This document shows positions 1 through 10,868 of a stretch of 64,000 nucleotides of DNA, piece by piece. This DNA comes from an uncultured Sterolibacterium sp. (GTDB lineage: Bacteria; Pseudomonadota; Gammaproteobacteria; Burkholderiales; Rhodocyclaceae): positions 4,548-68,547 of the forward strand of contig CAZFPI010000002.1 of assembly GCA_964521075.1 (NCBI GenBank), read 5' to 3'. Position numbers and translations under genes: made by a program. Position 1 is the stretch's first letter, and the number at the start of each line of letters is the position of its first letter. The notes beneath the pieces were generated by a model that ran no database searches, was not told where the DNA came from, and saw only the letters and a program-made list of their open reading frames with translations.

Positions 1-782
1 TCAAGGCAGCCCCGGTATTGTCCGATGACGGCAGCGGTATGAAGAGAATCCGGGCTGATACGCGCCACAGCCACCTTCATTTCCCGCAGGCGGGGCAGTT
101 CAAGCAACAGATCGTAGGTTCTGGAAGACTGGGTCTGCGTTCCGTTGAGCGTCAGGAAGGCTTCGCCTTCGCGCGTTTTCAGTGCCATGCCATCCGGAAA
201 CTCGATACACCGGAATTCGCAGGTATCCTTCTGCAGATTGAAACGACGCGCCGTGAAACAACGGGCCGAAAAAGCCAGCGGTAGACGCCCGTGAGCAAAT
301 ACTTCTGTTTCAAGCCCCGGCGGAGCTTGATTTTGCAGGGAAGATAATGTCCCGGCACTGAGTTCGGGAGGCATCACCCAGCGCATCGCCCCGGCCTCAT
401 GCAAGATGCCCAGCGTCTCGCCATTGAACACATTGAGAGTGGGCCCGGCGACGAAAGGGATTTTCTGCGCGGACAGAAGATTCACTGCCCCCATATCGTT
501 GGCTTCTACCGAAAAATCGCCATTGCCGACAATTTTTCGCAGCATTTTGAGGTCGGACTCGGATTCGATCAGCGTCAGCGTGGACAACACGACAGATTTA
601 CCTGCCACGGCCAGTTTTCTGGCCACATCGAGCCAGTCATCGAGGCGCAATTCATGGCGGCGCGAGCAGACGGTTTCGCCCAGATAGACGATATCGACCG
701 GCTGTTTCGCCATTTCTTCGTAAAACGCGAAAACCTGATCGCGCGGCCAGTAAGTAAGAATGGGGCCCAGGGACAACTTCAT
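1..782 (-). CDS. ubiV: UbiV (YhbV-type U32 peptidase-family protein, O2-independent ubiquinone hydroxylation); 3' end runs off the window
   Basis: Absent from the ORF track because it has no stop inside the window. Manual minus-strand translation from ATG at 782-780 gives [42 protein letters not shown]...[29 protein letters not shown], collinear with E. coli YhbV/UbiV as I recall it. It starts 4 nt after the ubiU stop. Confidence 0.85.
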   Translation of the reverse strand, partial: MKLSLGPILTYWPRDQVFAFYEEMAKQPVDIVYLGETVCSRRHELRLDDWLDVARKLAVAGKSVVLSTLTLIESESDLKMLRKIVGNGDFSVEANDMGAVNLLSAQKIPFVAGPTLNVFNGETLGILHEAGAMRWVMPPELSAGTLSSLQNQAPPGLETEVFAHGRLPLAFSARCFTARRFNLQKDTCEFRCIEFPDGMALKTREGEAFLTLNGTQTQSSRTYDLLLELPRLREMKVAVARISPDSLHTAAVIGQYRGCL

Positions 783-786
783 GACT

Positions 787-1800
787 TCACTTCCACGGAC
801 GGTTGTAGGCCCCCAGCGTGCTGGTCTGGCCTTCGGAAACCTTGTTCAATTCATTCAGCCAGGCAGGCTTGACGGCAAAATGCGCCGGATCCCGCTGGCA
901 CTGGTCGATAGCCTCACGCCAGACCTGCGTCACCTGCCCCACATAGGCCGGGCTGCGCTGGCGTCCCTCGATCTTGATGGCGCGCACACCGGTTCTCAGC
1001 AATTCCGGCAATAGTTCCAGCGTATTCAGGCTGGTCGGTTCTTCCATGGCGTAATAGGTTTCTTCCTCGACGGCAAAACGCCCCTTGCACAAGGTCGGAT
1101 AACCGGCGCGTTCGCCGTCGGCATAACGGTCGATGAGAATTCCGTTCAGCCGCGTCTCCATCCCGGCATCGGTCTGCTCCCAGCGCACACTTTTGGCGGG
1201 CGAACAGGCCCCGTTACAGTTGGGCGAAGTCCCTGTGGTGTAAGCCGACAATGAGCAACGCCCCTCGACCATCACACACAAGCCGCCAAAACCGAAGACT
1301 TCGATCTCGACATCGGTATTGGCCACCACCTGAGCCACCTGCGCCATGGACAGCACACGCGGCAACACGGCACGCTGAACGCCGAATCGCTCACGATAAA
1401 AATTGATGGCCTCATAGCTCGTCGCCGAACCCTGCACCGACAGATGCAGGCGCAACTCCGGCCAGGTGCGCCGCGCGTAGGCCATCAAACCGGGGTCTGC
1501 CAGGATGATGGCGTCGATCCCTGCCTGTGCAGCGCGATCCACGGCTCCCGTCCAGCGCGTCCAGTTATCGGCCTGCGGGTAGGTATTCAAGGCCAGCAGC
1601 ACCTTGCGGCGACGGTCATGCGCGTAACGCAAGCCTTCGGCCAGTGCCTTGTCGTCGAAATTGAGGCCATTGAAATTCCGCGCATTGGTGTCATCACGGA
1701 AACCGAGATAAACGCAATCGGCCCCATGATCAATGGCGGCCTTCAGCGCCGGCAGGCTACCGGCGGGACAGACGAGTTCCATGGCGGTCTGGGCAGACAT
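787..1800 (-). CDS. ubiU: UbiU (YhbU-type U32 peptidase-family Fe-S protein, O2-independent ubiquinone hydroxylation)
   Basis: ORF 787..1851. I prefer the internal ATG at 1800 ([33 protein letters not shown]...), and MELVCPAG at 1779 is also possible. Conserved features include the Cys cluster [14 protein letters not shown]...[10 protein letters not shown]...YPTLCKGR and the C-terminal [17 protein letters not shown] lies 11 nt upstream of 1800. Confidence 0.9.
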   Translation of the reverse strand: MSAQTAMELVCPAGSLPALKAAIDHGADCVYLGFRDDTNARNFNGLNFDDKALAEGLRYAHDRRRKVLLALNTYPQADNWTRWTGAVDRAAQAGIDAIILADPGLMAYARRTWPELRLHLSVQGSATSYEAINFYRERFGVQRAVLPRVLSMAQVAQVVANTDVEIEVFGFGGLCVMVEGRCSLSAYTTGTSPNCNGACSPAKSVRWEQTDAGMETRLNGILIDRYADGERAGYPTLCKGRFAVEEETYYAMEEPTSLNTLELLPELLRTGVRAIKIEGRQRSPAYVGQVTQVWREAIDQCQRDPAHFAVKPAWLNELNKVSEGQTSTLGAYNRPWK

Positions 1801-1859
1801 ATCGAGACAGGCTCCCAAAAAAGAGCCGCAAGTATACGCGCATCCGTTCAAACCTGCGA

Positions 1860-1873
1860 TTGATCCGGCTCAA
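1860..1873. promoter_or_regulatory. Candidate FNR/ANR-type box TTGATCCGGCTCAA in the ubiU / yjdM divergent intergenic region
   Basis: Matches TTGAT-N4-ATCAA with one mismatch. Its centre is about 66 bp upstream of the ubiU ATG at 1800 and about 73 bp upstream of the yjdM ATG. Confidence 0.4.
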
Positions 1874-1939
1874 GCCGACCGCAGCAAGCACAGTAAAATG
1901 CCCCTTTTTAGATACCCTTTTGTTCCCGGAAAATACCCC

Positions 1940-2290
1940 ATGAGCTCCCTACCCGCCTGCCCGAAATGCCAGTCTGCCTACACTTACGAAGATAACGGCC
2001 TCGTGATCTGCCCGGAATGCGCGCATGAATGGTCAGCCCTTGCCGACGTTGCCACCGATGCCGCACAGGAAACCCGCATCATCAAGGATGCCGTCGGCAA
2101 CGCCCTGCAGGACGGCGACAGCGTGACTGTCATCAAGGATCTCAAGGTCAAAGGTTCCTCGCTGGTCGTCAAGGTCGGCACCAAGGTCAGGAACATCCGT
2201 CTCGTCGAAGGCGATCACGACATCGAGTGCAAAATCGACGGTATCGGTGCGATGAGCCTCAAGTCGGAATTCGTGAAGAAGGTTCAGTAA
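1940..2290 (+). CDS. yjdM: YjdM/PhnA-family zinc-ribbon protein
   Basis: 116 aa from the internal ATG of ORF 1733..2290: [31 protein letters not shown]...[17 protein letters not shown]...[20 protein letters not shown]. This is the typical PhnA N-terminal zinc ribbon plus C-terminal domain. Confidence 0.9.
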   Translation: MSSLPACPKCQSAYTYEDNGLVICPECAHEWSALADVATDAAQETRIIKDAVGNALQDGDSVTVIKDLKVKGSSLVVKVGTKVRNIRLVEGDHDIECKIDGIGAMSLKSEFVKKVQ

Positions 2291-2346
2291 CCCCTCACCC
2301 TGGCGAAGGTGCCCGCAGGTGCCCACGGGGAAACACTGATTGATCC

Positions 2347-2413
2347 GTCACCCCGGCGAAAGCCGGGGCCCAGTGCCTTGATTTTCCGTATTCCAGCCTT
2401 CGCCGGAACGACG
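2347..2413 (+). repeat. REP-like double-hairpin element, copy A
   Basis: GTCACCCCGGCGAAAGCCGGGGCCCAG ... TTCCAGCCTTCGCCGGAACGACG. It contains two GC hairpins (CCCCGGC/GCCGGGG and TTCCaGC/GCCGGAA). It lies between the convergent yjdM and chpA genes. A second copy in the same orientation is at 48727..48800. Confidence 0.7.
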
Positions 2414-2443
2414 GTTTCGAATCAATCAGCACGCACCCAGTCT

Positions 2444-5400
2444 TCAGTGCATCCCGGACTTCTGCGCGTACCCCCGCAGCAAGCCCAGCAAAACCTCTTC
2501 GTCGTAGGGCTTGCCCAGGTATTCGCTGACACCCATTTCCTGCGCGTAATTACGGTGTTTATCCGCGATACGTGAGGTAATCATGACGATGGGCACATTC
2601 TTCAGACGCGGGTCACTGCGGACATTGCGGGTCAGCTCGAAACCATCCATGCGCGGCATTTCGATGTCGACCAGCATGGCCGTCGGGACGAATTCGAGCA
2701 GCTGTTCGAGGGCATCGACCCCGTCCTTGGCTGTGACGACCTGATAACCTTCGCGCGCCAGCAGGCGGCCCGTGATCTTGCGGACAGTCAGGGAATCGTC
2801 GACGACCATGATAGTAGGCGTGACCGAAGAAACCGGCGATGCGGCCGGCCGGGCAGACGACGACGCGGCAGCCTCGGCGACTGCAGCCGCCCGGGCGGCA
2901 TGGCTAGCCAGCACCAGCGGGCTGAGAATCAGGGCAATTTCGCCATCATTGAGCACCGTCGCCCCGGCAATCCCGGACACACGGGCAAGCTGCGGGCCAA
3001 TGTTCTTGACGACGACTTCCTGATTACCGACCAGCCCGTCGACTTCAAGTGCGATGCGACGATCCGCCCCCTTGAGGAGCAAAACCCAGTGACGCCGGGC
3101 GGGCTGCGGGGGTTCTGTGGTTTCTTCGAGCAGATGGGCCAGATAAAACCAGGGGTAATGCACATCCAGCCAGTCGGTTCCACCCGCCGCGCGGATTTTT
3201 TCCACGGCTTCGGGGCGAAGCTCCATGACCTGCTCAACCATGGTGGAAGGCAGGGCGAAGGTATGGTTACCCGAGCGCACCAGTACGGCCTGGGTGACGG
3301 CCAGCGTGAGCGGCAAAAAGATGCGGAAACGCGTTCCCTGGCCGGTTTTCGACTGGGCCTCGACGTGCCCGCCCAGGCTGACAGCCTCGGTCTTGACAAC
3401 ATCCATGCCAACACCACGCCCGGCAATTTCGCTAACCTGTTTGGCAGTACTGAATCCGGGCAGGAAAACAAACTGCATCAGCCGATGCTCGTCCGCCGGC
3501 TCACCGGAATCGAGCAGCCCCTGCTCGATGGCCTTGGCGCGAATGCGATCGTAGTTGAAACCCGCACCGTTGTCGGCAATCTCGATGAAAATTTCGTTGC
3601 CCTGCTGCACCAGCGTTACGGTGATTTCGCCAATTTCCGGCTTGCCTGCCTGCCGGCGGTCATCCCGGCTTTCGATGCCATGAGCAACGGAATTACGCAA
3701 CAGATGCTCGATCGGCCCGATCATTTTTTCCAGCACCGAGCGATCCAGTTCAACCTGGCCGCCGATGATGTCGAGATTGACGCGCTTGTCGAGCTCCTTG
3801 GCCGTCTGGCGCACGACGCGATAAAGCCTGTCGGCCACGGAACTGAACGGCACCATGCGAACCCCCATCAGGGCTTGCGACAAATCGCGGTTCAGACGCG
3901 ACTGGGCCGTCAGGGCCGCGCTGGCGTTATCGACGCTACGCAGCAGGTTATGTTGCAGGGTCGTCACGTCATTGACGCTCTCTGCCATCATCCGCGTGAG
4001 TTCCTGGAAGCGCGTGAAACGGTCCATTTCCAGCGGATCGAAATCCTGATGAACCTCCTGGAGCTGGCTCATCTGCGACTGCATCTGGGTTTCGGCCTGG
4101 ATTTCGATTTCGCGCAGTTGCTGGCGCAGACGAATGACGTTTTCAGTCAGGTCGAGCAACGAGCCCTTGAAGGAACGCATTTCGGCTTCGACACGGCCCC
4201 GTGCGATGGCCATTTCGCCCGCTTCGTTGATGAGATCGTCGATCAGCTCGGCGCGAACGCGCAACTGGGCGCGGCTGCTGGAGGCTTCGTGGGCCTCGGC
4301 AGGCTCTGCCGCCTTCGGTACAACAGGAGCGGCTGCCATGGCAGCATCTCCCGCCGTAGCCGGAGCTGATTCTGCTTCCGGCATCGCTTCAGCGGCATCC
4401 CCTGCCAAAACAGGCTGATCGGCAGGATGAGCTTCTTCCACGACAGTTTCGCCGCGATCAATACGCACCAGATCATCCAGCATGGACAAGGCACGATCGA
4501 AGAAACTATCGAGGTCGTCAAGGAAAGCCGGCACGGGTGCCGCGCCATGCCGTGTCGCCTGAACGATTCGTGTCTCGATACCATGGACTAGCTCGCCCAT
4601 ACGCATGGCCCCCGCCATACGCGCACTCCCTTTGAGCGTATGAAGCAGGCGTTGCAGATGTTGCCCGATGGCAACATCTTCGGGTGTGCTGCGCCACAAG
4701 CGAAGCTCTGCACCGATTTCACGCAGCAGGTCACCCCCTTCTTCAAGGAAGATGGGTAAAAGCTGGCGATCGACGTCGTCATGAATCCGCAACTTGCGAC
4801 GCTGGTCGACAAAGGGCGCATCCCCATCCCCTGCCAGGGCGGGGACGGGCATTTCTGCCTGCGGCAGCGGCTCTGCGGCGACCCCGGATGCTGCAGCAGG
4901 CTCAGGCATGGCGGCCGCGGCTTGTTCGGCCAGCCCGGGCGTCAGGCTTTCCAGGCTGGCGAACAGTGCCTCGTCCATCTCCGGCATACGCCGCCCGGTC
5001 ACATCATCAACCATCTCACGGAGGGCGGAGAGTGTTTTTGCGACCAAAGCCTGCTGCGCGGCATCGAGCAGGGAGCTATCCTGGGTGAAGCGTTCCAGCG
5101 CATGTTCCAGTGCCTTGCCCAGACGATTGACGCTTTTCACGCCAACCGTGCCGGAAACCCCCGCCAGGGTATGAATCGCCCGCAAAATTTCCCGGCTGGG
5201 AGTCGCCTCCTTCAACAAGGGCAGCTGTGCATCGAGCACGGCCATGTGATCGCGCGACTCGGCCAGGTAGATGTCATACACCAGCGGCGACAAAGCCAGA
5301 TCACCGATGATGATGTCGTCCGTTGTTGCCGGAGCAAGCACCGGAGCGTCTGCCGGAGCTTCCACAGAAGGCGGTGCAAGCTCCGCAGCCTCTTCAACCT

Positions 5401-7939
5401 CCGGCGCAATATCATCCGCAGGTGGCACGTCCGCTGTGATTTCCGCTGCGAGTGCTCCAGCTCCAGCTCCAGCTCCAGCCAACGGCTCAACGATGTCGGC
5501 AGATTCTGCCACCGGAAGCGATGCTGGCTCGGGCGAAGACACGGAGGAAGGGGCTTCCGGCAGAGCCAGCGGCGATTCTGCGGCGGGTGGCTGCAAAGCT
5601 TCACCGCGCATGAGCTGCTCGCAGGCAGTGTGCAAGGCCTGCACTTCGGGAGACTGGGGAACAGGCGGCGGCTCGTGCGATTCCAGCCGCCCCACCCAGT
5701 CTGAAAACAGGCGGCGGGCCATCTGCAACACCGTTTGCAGATCGTCCGTCACGGACTGGTTCAGTTTGAGCCACTGGTTCATGAGCTGCTCGACCGACCA
5801 GGCCGCTTCACCCAGGTCAGTCAGATTGACCATGCGTCCACTGCCCTTGAGGGTATGGAAAGCACGACGGACGACGGTCTGTAATTCGTGGTCATTCGGC
5901 TGCTGGGCAAGCAGCGGCAAATGTTCGGTGATGGTTGCCAGAACCTCATGTGCTTCTTCGAGGAAAATTTCCAGCAATTCCGCATCGACGGCATCACTGC
6001 TGGCTTCAGCCAGCCGGGCGGCTTCGGGCGAAGGGGGTTGCACGGGCGGCGGCACGACAGGCTGGCTACCGGGGGCGTCATGCAATTCATGACCGGCTGG
6101 TGTCAGATCGGCAATATGGGCGGCAACATGCTCGGCGACGAGGGCATCCGCACCCTCGCTCTCGCTGGCCGGGGAGGGTTCCGGCGCGGACACCACGGCA
6201 GGCACGGAAATCTGCGGAGCGGGCGATGCGGGGGGAAGATCGACGACAGCAGCAGTGTCTGGCGCATCGGGTATCGGCTGGCGCGGCTGAAGAATGCTGT
6301 CGATGTCTGCCGGGCCATGGCGCAACTGTTCGACGAAAAAGCCCAGGGCAGAAAGTTTGTTGGCGACATCTTCGAAAGCCGCTTTGTCGGAATCCGCCCC
6401 CGAGGCGGTAAACCCGGCAATCTGCCGTTCACATTCACGCAGGATTTCCACCGCGCGAGGCTCGCCCAGGATGGTCAGCGCACCCGCCGTCTGGTTGAGC
6501 GGCCCCTTGAGCGTCGCCAGCGCATCGGCATGCGCGGCCGGATCACGGAAGAAGTTGTCCAGTTTTTGCTCGACATTGGACAGATTGCCCAGAATCTCGC
6601 GCACCACCTGGTTCATCAGCAGACGTTCCTGCGCCTTGCGGGAAATTTCGTCGAGCTGGGGCAATTCCATCGCAGCCAGCGGCTCGCCCTTGAGCAGCAG
6701 ATTCAGCCGTCCGGTCATGAGATCGACCTGGTGGGCGAAATCCACACCCAGCTGAGCGAAACGATCCAGCGCATTTTCCACGAGCAGCAAGGAAGTCGCG
6801 ACTTCCAGTGCCAGAGAATCGCTGGCCTCGGTTTGTGACTGATTGACCAGCATGTTGGCGACGGCCTGGATGCTGCCGGTCAGGCGGGCGAGATCCATCT
6901 GGCCGACGGCCTGCCCCTGTTCAGCCAGTTGCCGGGCCTGAGTCTGGAATTGCGCCAGCGCGGAAGGAATCCGGCCGGTATAACGATTCCAGTCTTCCTT
7001 GGCAGCTTCGAGCGTTTCCCGCAGTGCACGTAACTGCGTCACCTGCGGTGTCGCGATGACCACGACGGCATGGGCGGGATCGGGAATGAGGTCTTCCAGA
7101 CGGTACGCCGCCCGGACACAGGCCAGGTGATCGGTGCGCGTCGTCGAAATGGCAACGTAGTACAGCACATCGCGTTGCAGTCTTTCCGCAACCTGAGTGG
7201 AGCCTTCCAGCAAGCGGGCAATCTGTGCGTCGATTCGCCCGCAGAGTTTCTTGACACCCGGATCGACCGGCACACCCCCACCGATCAGGGCATCCAGAAA
7301 GGCCAGCGCGCTCCACCAGAAAGCGCGTTCTGCGGGCTGTTGCTGGGTGAACTCGATGACAGCCATCGAGTTACGCATTTCCGTCAGCCCCTTGGCATCC
7401 CCCTTGAGCCACTTCAGCAGGCCACGCTGAAAACCCAGGCGAGCGGCCTTCAGACGCGCTGCCAGAGCAGCGGGGGCGAGCGGTGTCGCCTCTTTTTCAC
7501 GTCGCGGCGGGCGTAAGGCGGGGTCGGGAAAGAAAAGATCGGCAGGCAGCACCGTCGTCCCCATCCATTCTCCCAGCTCGCGATAAACCGGCCACAGACG
7601 CAGGGATTGATCCGGCACACCACCAAGCAGCTCGTCGAGATAAGCACTGATCGTCGCCAGTGCGCGGTGGCAGCCGGATTCGATTTCGGCTGAAAACGCC
7701 AGTTTGCCTTCTGTCAGCTGGGTCAAAAGCTGTTCGAGCGATTCGGCCAGGCGCGTCACGCCGCCTAGTCCGACGATGGTGAGCGCGCCACGCGCCTGAT
7801 GCAGATGATTCAGTGCTGCCTTGAGCTGGGCAGGATCCGCCGCCTGTTTCAGGGCCTCGCCGGCACGATGAAGTGCCTGGTCAATTTCGCCCTTGACCCA
7901 GGTCAGGGGGCCGATATCGAATTCGACGGGATTATTCAT
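2444..7939 (-). CDS. chpA: ChpA/PilL hybrid histidine kinase of the Pil-Chp chemosensory system (multi-Hpt CheA with CheW-like and receiver domains)
   Basis: 1831 aa. Hpt-like modules are HQARGALTIVG, NQTAGALTILG (His replaced), HTLKGSGRM, HTLAGVSG and HTLKGSARM. The kinase core has DNGAGF and GRGVGMD motifs. A CheW-like region and a C-terminal REC domain (IMVVDDS...VDIEMPRMDG...LGKP) follow. It sits directly downstream of pilJ. Confidence 0.95.
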   Translation of the reverse strand: MNNPVEFDIGPLTWVKGEIDQALHRAGEALKQAADPAQLKAALNHLHQARGALTIVGLGGVTRLAESLEQLLTQLTEGKLAFSAEIESGCHRALATISAYLDELLGGVPDQSLRLWPVYRELGEWMGTTVLPADLFFPDPALRPPRREKEATPLAPAALAARLKAARLGFQRGLLKWLKGDAKGLTEMRNSMAVIEFTQQQPAERAFWWSALAFLDALIGGGVPVDPGVKKLCGRIDAQIARLLEGSTQVAERLQRDVLYYVAISTTRTDHLACVRAAYRLEDLIPDPAHAVVVIATPQVTQLRALRETLEAAKEDWNRYTGRIPSALAQFQTQARQLAEQGQAVGQMDLARLTGSIQAVANMLVNQSQTEASDSLALEVATSLLLVENALDRFAQLGVDFAHQVDLMTGRLNLLLKGEPLAAMELPQLDEISRKAQERLLMNQVVREILGNLSNVEQKLDNFFRDPAAHADALATLKGPLNQTAGALTILGEPRAVEILRECERQIAGFTASGADSDKAAFEDVANKLSALGFFVEQLRHGPADIDSILQPRQPIPDAPDTAAVVDLPPASPAPQISVPAVVSAPEPSPASESEGADALVAEHVAAHIADLTPAGHELHDAPGSQPVVPPPVQPPSPEAARLAEASSDAVDAELLEIFLEEAHEVLATITEHLPLLAQQPNDHELQTVVRRAFHTLKGSGRMVNLTDLGEAAWSVEQLMNQWLKLNQSVTDDLQTVLQMARRLFSDWVGRLESHEPPPVPQSPEVQALHTACEQLMRGEALQPPAAESPLALPEAPSSVSSPEPASLPVAESADIVEPLAGAGAGAGALAAEITADVPPADDIAPEVEEAAELAPPSVEAPADAPVLAPATTDDIIIGDLALSPLVYDIYLAESRDHMAVLDAQLPLLKEATPSREILRAIHTLAGVSGTVGVKSVNRLGKALEHALERFTQDSSLLDAAQQALVAKTLSALREMVDDVTGRRMPEMDEALFASLESLTPGLAEQAAAAMPEPAAASGVAAEPLPQAEMPVPALAGDGDAPFVDQRRKLRIHDDVDRQLLPIFLEEGGDLLREIGAELRLWRSTPEDVAIGQHLQRLLHTLKGSARMAGAMRMGELVHGIETRIVQATRHGAAPVPAFLDDLDSFFDRALSMLDDLVRIDRGETVVEEAHPADQPVLAGDAAEAMPEAESAPATAGDAAMAAAPVVPKAAEPAEAHEASSSRAQLRVRAELIDDLINEAGEMAIARGRVEAEMRSFKGSLLDLTENVIRLRQQLREIEIQAETQMQSQMSQLQEVHQDFDPLEMDRFTRFQELTRMMAESVNDVTTLQHNLLRSVDNASAALTAQSRLNRDLSQALMGVRMVPFSSVADRLYRVVRQTAKELDKRVNLDIIGGQVELDRSVLEKMIGPIEHLLRNSVAHGIESRDDRRQAGKPEIGEITVTLVQQGNEIFIEIADNGAGFNYDRIRAKAIEQGLLDSGEPADEHRLMQFVFLPGFSTAKQVSEIAGRGVGMDVVKTEAVSLGGHVEAQSKTGQGTRFRIFLPLTLAVTQAVLVRSGNHTFALPSTMVEQVMELRPEAVEKIRAAGGTDWLDVHYPWFYLAHLLEETTEPPQPARRHWVLLLKGADRRIALEVDGLVGNQEVVVKNIGPQLARVSGIAGATVLNDGEIALILSPLVLASHAARAAAVAEAAASSSARPAASPVSSVTPTIMVVDDSLTVRKITGRLLAREGYQVVTAKDGVDALEQLLEFVPTAMLVDIEMPRMDGFELTRNVRSDPRLKNVPIVMITSRIADKHRNYAQEMGVSEYLGKPYDEEVLLGLLRGYAQKSGMH

Positions 7940-7972
7940 GCGGAACCGTGCGCGAAAAATTCAAAGAAGAGA

Positions 7973-10234
7973 TCAAACCTTGAAGCCGGCTACCGAAGCC
8001 TTCAGCTCACCCGCCAGCGTCGAGAGTTCGCTAATGGAGGTGGCGGTCTGCTTCGTGCCGTCCGTGGTCTGTTCCGTGATATGCAGAATCGTTTGCATGC
8101 TTTCAGCCACCTGGCGGGCGGAATCGGCCTGATGCTGTGTGTCGCTCGAAATGTTTTCGATGAGCTGGGCCAGATTGCTCGACACCGAGGAAATTTCCTG
8201 CAAGGCCTGGCCCGCCGCATCGGAGAGGCGCGCGCCATCGACCACGTTGCGCGTCGAATACTCCATGGCCAGCACGGCGTCATGCGTGTCGGTCTGAATG
8301 GTTTTCACGATCGCGGCAATCTGCTTGGTCGCCTCGCCGGATCGCTCGGCCAGTCGCTGCACTTCTTCTGCCACCACCGAGAAGCCCCGGCCGGCTTCAC
8401 CGGCGGAGGCAGCCTGAATGGCGGCATTCAAAGCCAGCACGTTGGTCTGTTCGGTAATGTCCGAAATCAGTTCGACGATTTCGCCGATCTCCTGGGAAGA
8501 CTCACCCAGCCGCTTGATACGTTTGGAGGTTTCCTGAATCTGCTCGCGGATTTCGTTCATGCCCTTGATCGAGTTGGTCACCGCCTCCGAGCCCTTTTGC
8601 GCGGCATCCAGCGAGTGGCGGGCCACGCGGGCGGATTCCAGCGCGTGCGCGGAAACATCCCCCATGGACTGCGCCATGCCCAGGACGGAATCACCCGCCT
8701 CGGTAATCTGGTGCGACTGGGTTTCTGTCGCCTCCAGCAGACGCACCGATGTGTTCTGCGCGTTTTCCGAAGCCGTGGCAACGCGGCTGGCGGTTTCATT
8801 GATGCGTTTGACCAGCACGGACAATTCTTCAATGGTGTAATTGACCGAATCGGCAATGGCCCCGGTGATGTTTTCCGTCACCGTTGCCCGCACGGTCAAG
8901 TCACCATCGGCCAGATCGCCCATCTCGTTCATCAGGCGCAAAATGGCCTCCTGCGTCGCATCCTTGGAAGCCTCTGCCTCGCGCCGCTGGCGATCAGCCT
9001 CGATACGCTGACGTTCGGATTCCTCGTTTCGCGTGGCGGATTCGTCATTGAAGACCTTGGCCATCAGCAACAGCACGACTACTGCGAGCAGGGTGGTCAC
9101 GATGACGGGGGTAACCGCACGATTGAGCGAAAGTTCGGCAGCCTCCTTGGCATAGGCTTCGAACAGTTTGTCGGAATCCATCTGCAGCATCGGGCTGTCC
9201 TTGAGCAGGCTCACCCCGGCCTGCCGGGCAAGCGACATTTTCTTCTGGTTGGCCAGCACCGCCGTCAGTGCCGTGTGCTGAGGCATGAACAGGGTTTCGA
9301 TGCCAGTCAATTTTTCGCGCGCGGCAGGTTCATGCACCGCCACGATACGCAAGGCGTCATTTCCGTGCGTCAATGCGGCCAGCAAGTCGCGGAAGACGTC
9401 GATATCCTTGCGGAGCTGCTCGACTTCCTCGGCCCCCGGGGCTTCGGCGGCCGTCAGGATGCCTGCTGTCCGGACAATGCGCTGCCCGAGCAAGGCCAGC
9501 TGGTTGGCTGCCGCCGCATCCGCCCCCCCCGCCGCCACGCGCGATGCGGCCAGCTCGTCCAGAAGGGCAAACAGGGATGAACTTTTCTGGTTAACCAGGC
9601 TGACCGCCTGCCCCATGGCAAGCAGCCCCTTTTCCTGGGCCTGAAGCTGCTCGAGGTTCTTGTTGTCGATCGCCCAGCGCGCTGTGACTTCCTGAAGTGC
9701 CGGACGAGTCTGCTCGGAGGTGGCAGAAACAGAAACCGAGCCAACTTCGCCGCCATTGGTCAGGGTATCCAGGAGTTGATTGATCCTGTCACGGGAAGCG
9801 TTGATATCCTTGAAGGCCGCCGCATTTCCCTGCAGGGCCGTCGGCGTGGAACGGGCGAGCTGCTGCAGCGAGGTGCGTAACTGCCCGGCAGCACTGATAT
9901 AAGCCAGCCCATGGCCTGCGTCGCGCACACTGATCCAGAGGGATGCGCCGCCCAGGCCGAACAGCAGAAACAGCAAGGTACCGAGAATGGCAAGTTGCCG
10001 GGTGGCGGGCAGCTCGCCTATCAGAGGCAGGCGTCTGCGCCCGGCAGACGAGGCGGGCGAGGCCGAAACTGTGGAAGATGCCGGGGCCGGGGTCGGCCGG
10101 GCGGGCGGGGCGATGACGATGGTTTCCTGCATCGGGTCGACTTCCCTGGCCGACACGGATGTTTTTTTGGCAAAGGGTAGTTTGAAATTCAGTGCCATAA
10201 ATTCCTCTTGTTCCTCTTGCTGGTTCTGGCGCAA
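7973..10234 (-). CDS. pilJ: PilJ-type methyl-accepting chemotaxis protein
   Basis: 753-aa ORF; an alternative ATG at 10198 gives MALNFKLPF. It has an N-terminal TM segment, a large periplasmic region, a second TM segment, and an MCP signalling domain ([38 protein letters not shown]). It lies between pilI and chpA. Confidence 0.9.
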   Translation of the reverse strand: MRQNQQEEQEEFMALNFKLPFAKKTSVSAREVDPMQETIVIAPPARPTPAPASSTVSASPASSAGRRRLPLIGELPATRQLAILGTLLFLLFGLGGASLWISVRDAGHGLAYISAAGQLRTSLQQLARSTPTALQGNAAAFKDINASRDRINQLLDTLTNGGEVGSVSVSATSEQTRPALQEVTARWAIDNKNLEQLQAQEKGLLAMGQAVSLVNQKSSSLFALLDELAASRVAAGGADAAAANQLALLGQRIVRTAGILTAAEAPGAEEVEQLRKDIDVFRDLLAALTHGNDALRIVAVHEPAAREKLTGIETLFMPQHTALTAVLANQKKMSLARQAGVSLLKDSPMLQMDSDKLFEAYAKEAAELSLNRAVTPVIVTTLLAVVVLLLMAKVFNDESATRNEESERQRIEADRQRREAEASKDATQEAILRLMNEMGDLADGDLTVRATVTENITGAIADSVNYTIEELSVLVKRINETASRVATASENAQNTSVRLLEATETQSHQITEAGDSVLGMAQSMGDVSAHALESARVARHSLDAAQKGSEAVTNSIKGMNEIREQIQETSKRIKRLGESSQEIGEIVELISDITEQTNVLALNAAIQAASAGEAGRGFSVVAEEVQRLAERSGEATKQIAAIVKTIQTDTHDAVLAMEYSTRNVVDGARLSDAAGQALQEISSVSSNLAQLIENISSDTQHQADSARQVAESMQTILHITEQTTDGTKQTATSISELSTLAGELKASVAGFKV

Positions 10235-10279
10235 ATCTGTTTTGTCAGGGCGGTAAACATGGGCAGAGTGCCTCCGGAA

Positions 10280-10807
10280 TCAGCGGCTGATATCCAGGAA
10301 GGCCGCATGTCCCAGCAGTGGCTTGATCAGCAGCCTGCGCCAGGTCAAGGGGGGGGTTCCCTGTTTGTCACGCAAAGTCTCGCCCGCCCAGGGAGCCGAA
10401 AGATTTTCCACGGGCTCAGGCAGGTCATCGAGGGTTTCCGGGTTTTTCAAGCCCAGCGTCCGGGAAACCAGCAAGGCGCAATTGAGCCCGTGACGCGCCC
10501 CCACCAGCAACAGGCGCGCTTCGTGATTCCGCAGCGTCGCTTCCCCTCCGAGAAAGGCCGAAAAATCCACCACGCCGTAGAGCACACCCCGGATATTGGC
10601 CATCCCCACAAACCAGTGTTTCGTCTTTGGCACGGGGGTCAGCGGAGGCAAGGGCATGATTTCCCCCGCATCGGAGAGATTCAGCAGCCAATGGTCGCCA
10701 CCTGTCTGTACACCAAGCAGTGCGGTCGAATTCTCGCCACGCGCCGCCGAAGTCAGACGCTCGACCAGTCCTGCCTGGAATTCACGCAAACTGATGCGTT
10801 TGGCCAT
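10280..10807 (-). CDS. pilI: PilI, CheW-like coupling protein
   Basis: 175 aa with a CheW-like core (HWFVGMANIRGVLYGVVDFSAFLGGE). Its position between pilH and pilJ supports the call. Confidence 0.85.
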   Translation of the reverse strand: MAKRISLREFQAGLVERLTSAARGENSTALLGVQTGGDHWLLNLSDAGEIMPLPPLTPVPKTKHWFVGMANIRGVLYGVVDFSAFLGGEATLRNHEARLLLVGARHGLNCALLVSRTLGLKNPETLDDLPEPVENLSAPWAGETLRDKQGTPPLTWRRLLIKPLLGHAAFLDISR

Positions 10808-10868
10808 GGAGCACGATCTTCCTGTTCATTCAAATATCAGCATCGGGCCGACGGGAAACACCCCCGGA

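Noticed and set aside
2900-4369. 489-aa plus-strand ORF, with other 100-300-aa ORFs, antisense to chpA
   Set aside because: This is a shadow ORF in a high-GC gene. Its composition is Arg/Gly/Ala/His-rich and low-complexity, and I recognise no motif. It lies entirely within a well-supported 1831-aa CDS on the other strand.
7799-9580. 593-aa plus-strand ORF antisense to pilJ
   Set aside because: Same reasoning as above: it is a GC-driven open frame opposite a strongly supported MCP gene.
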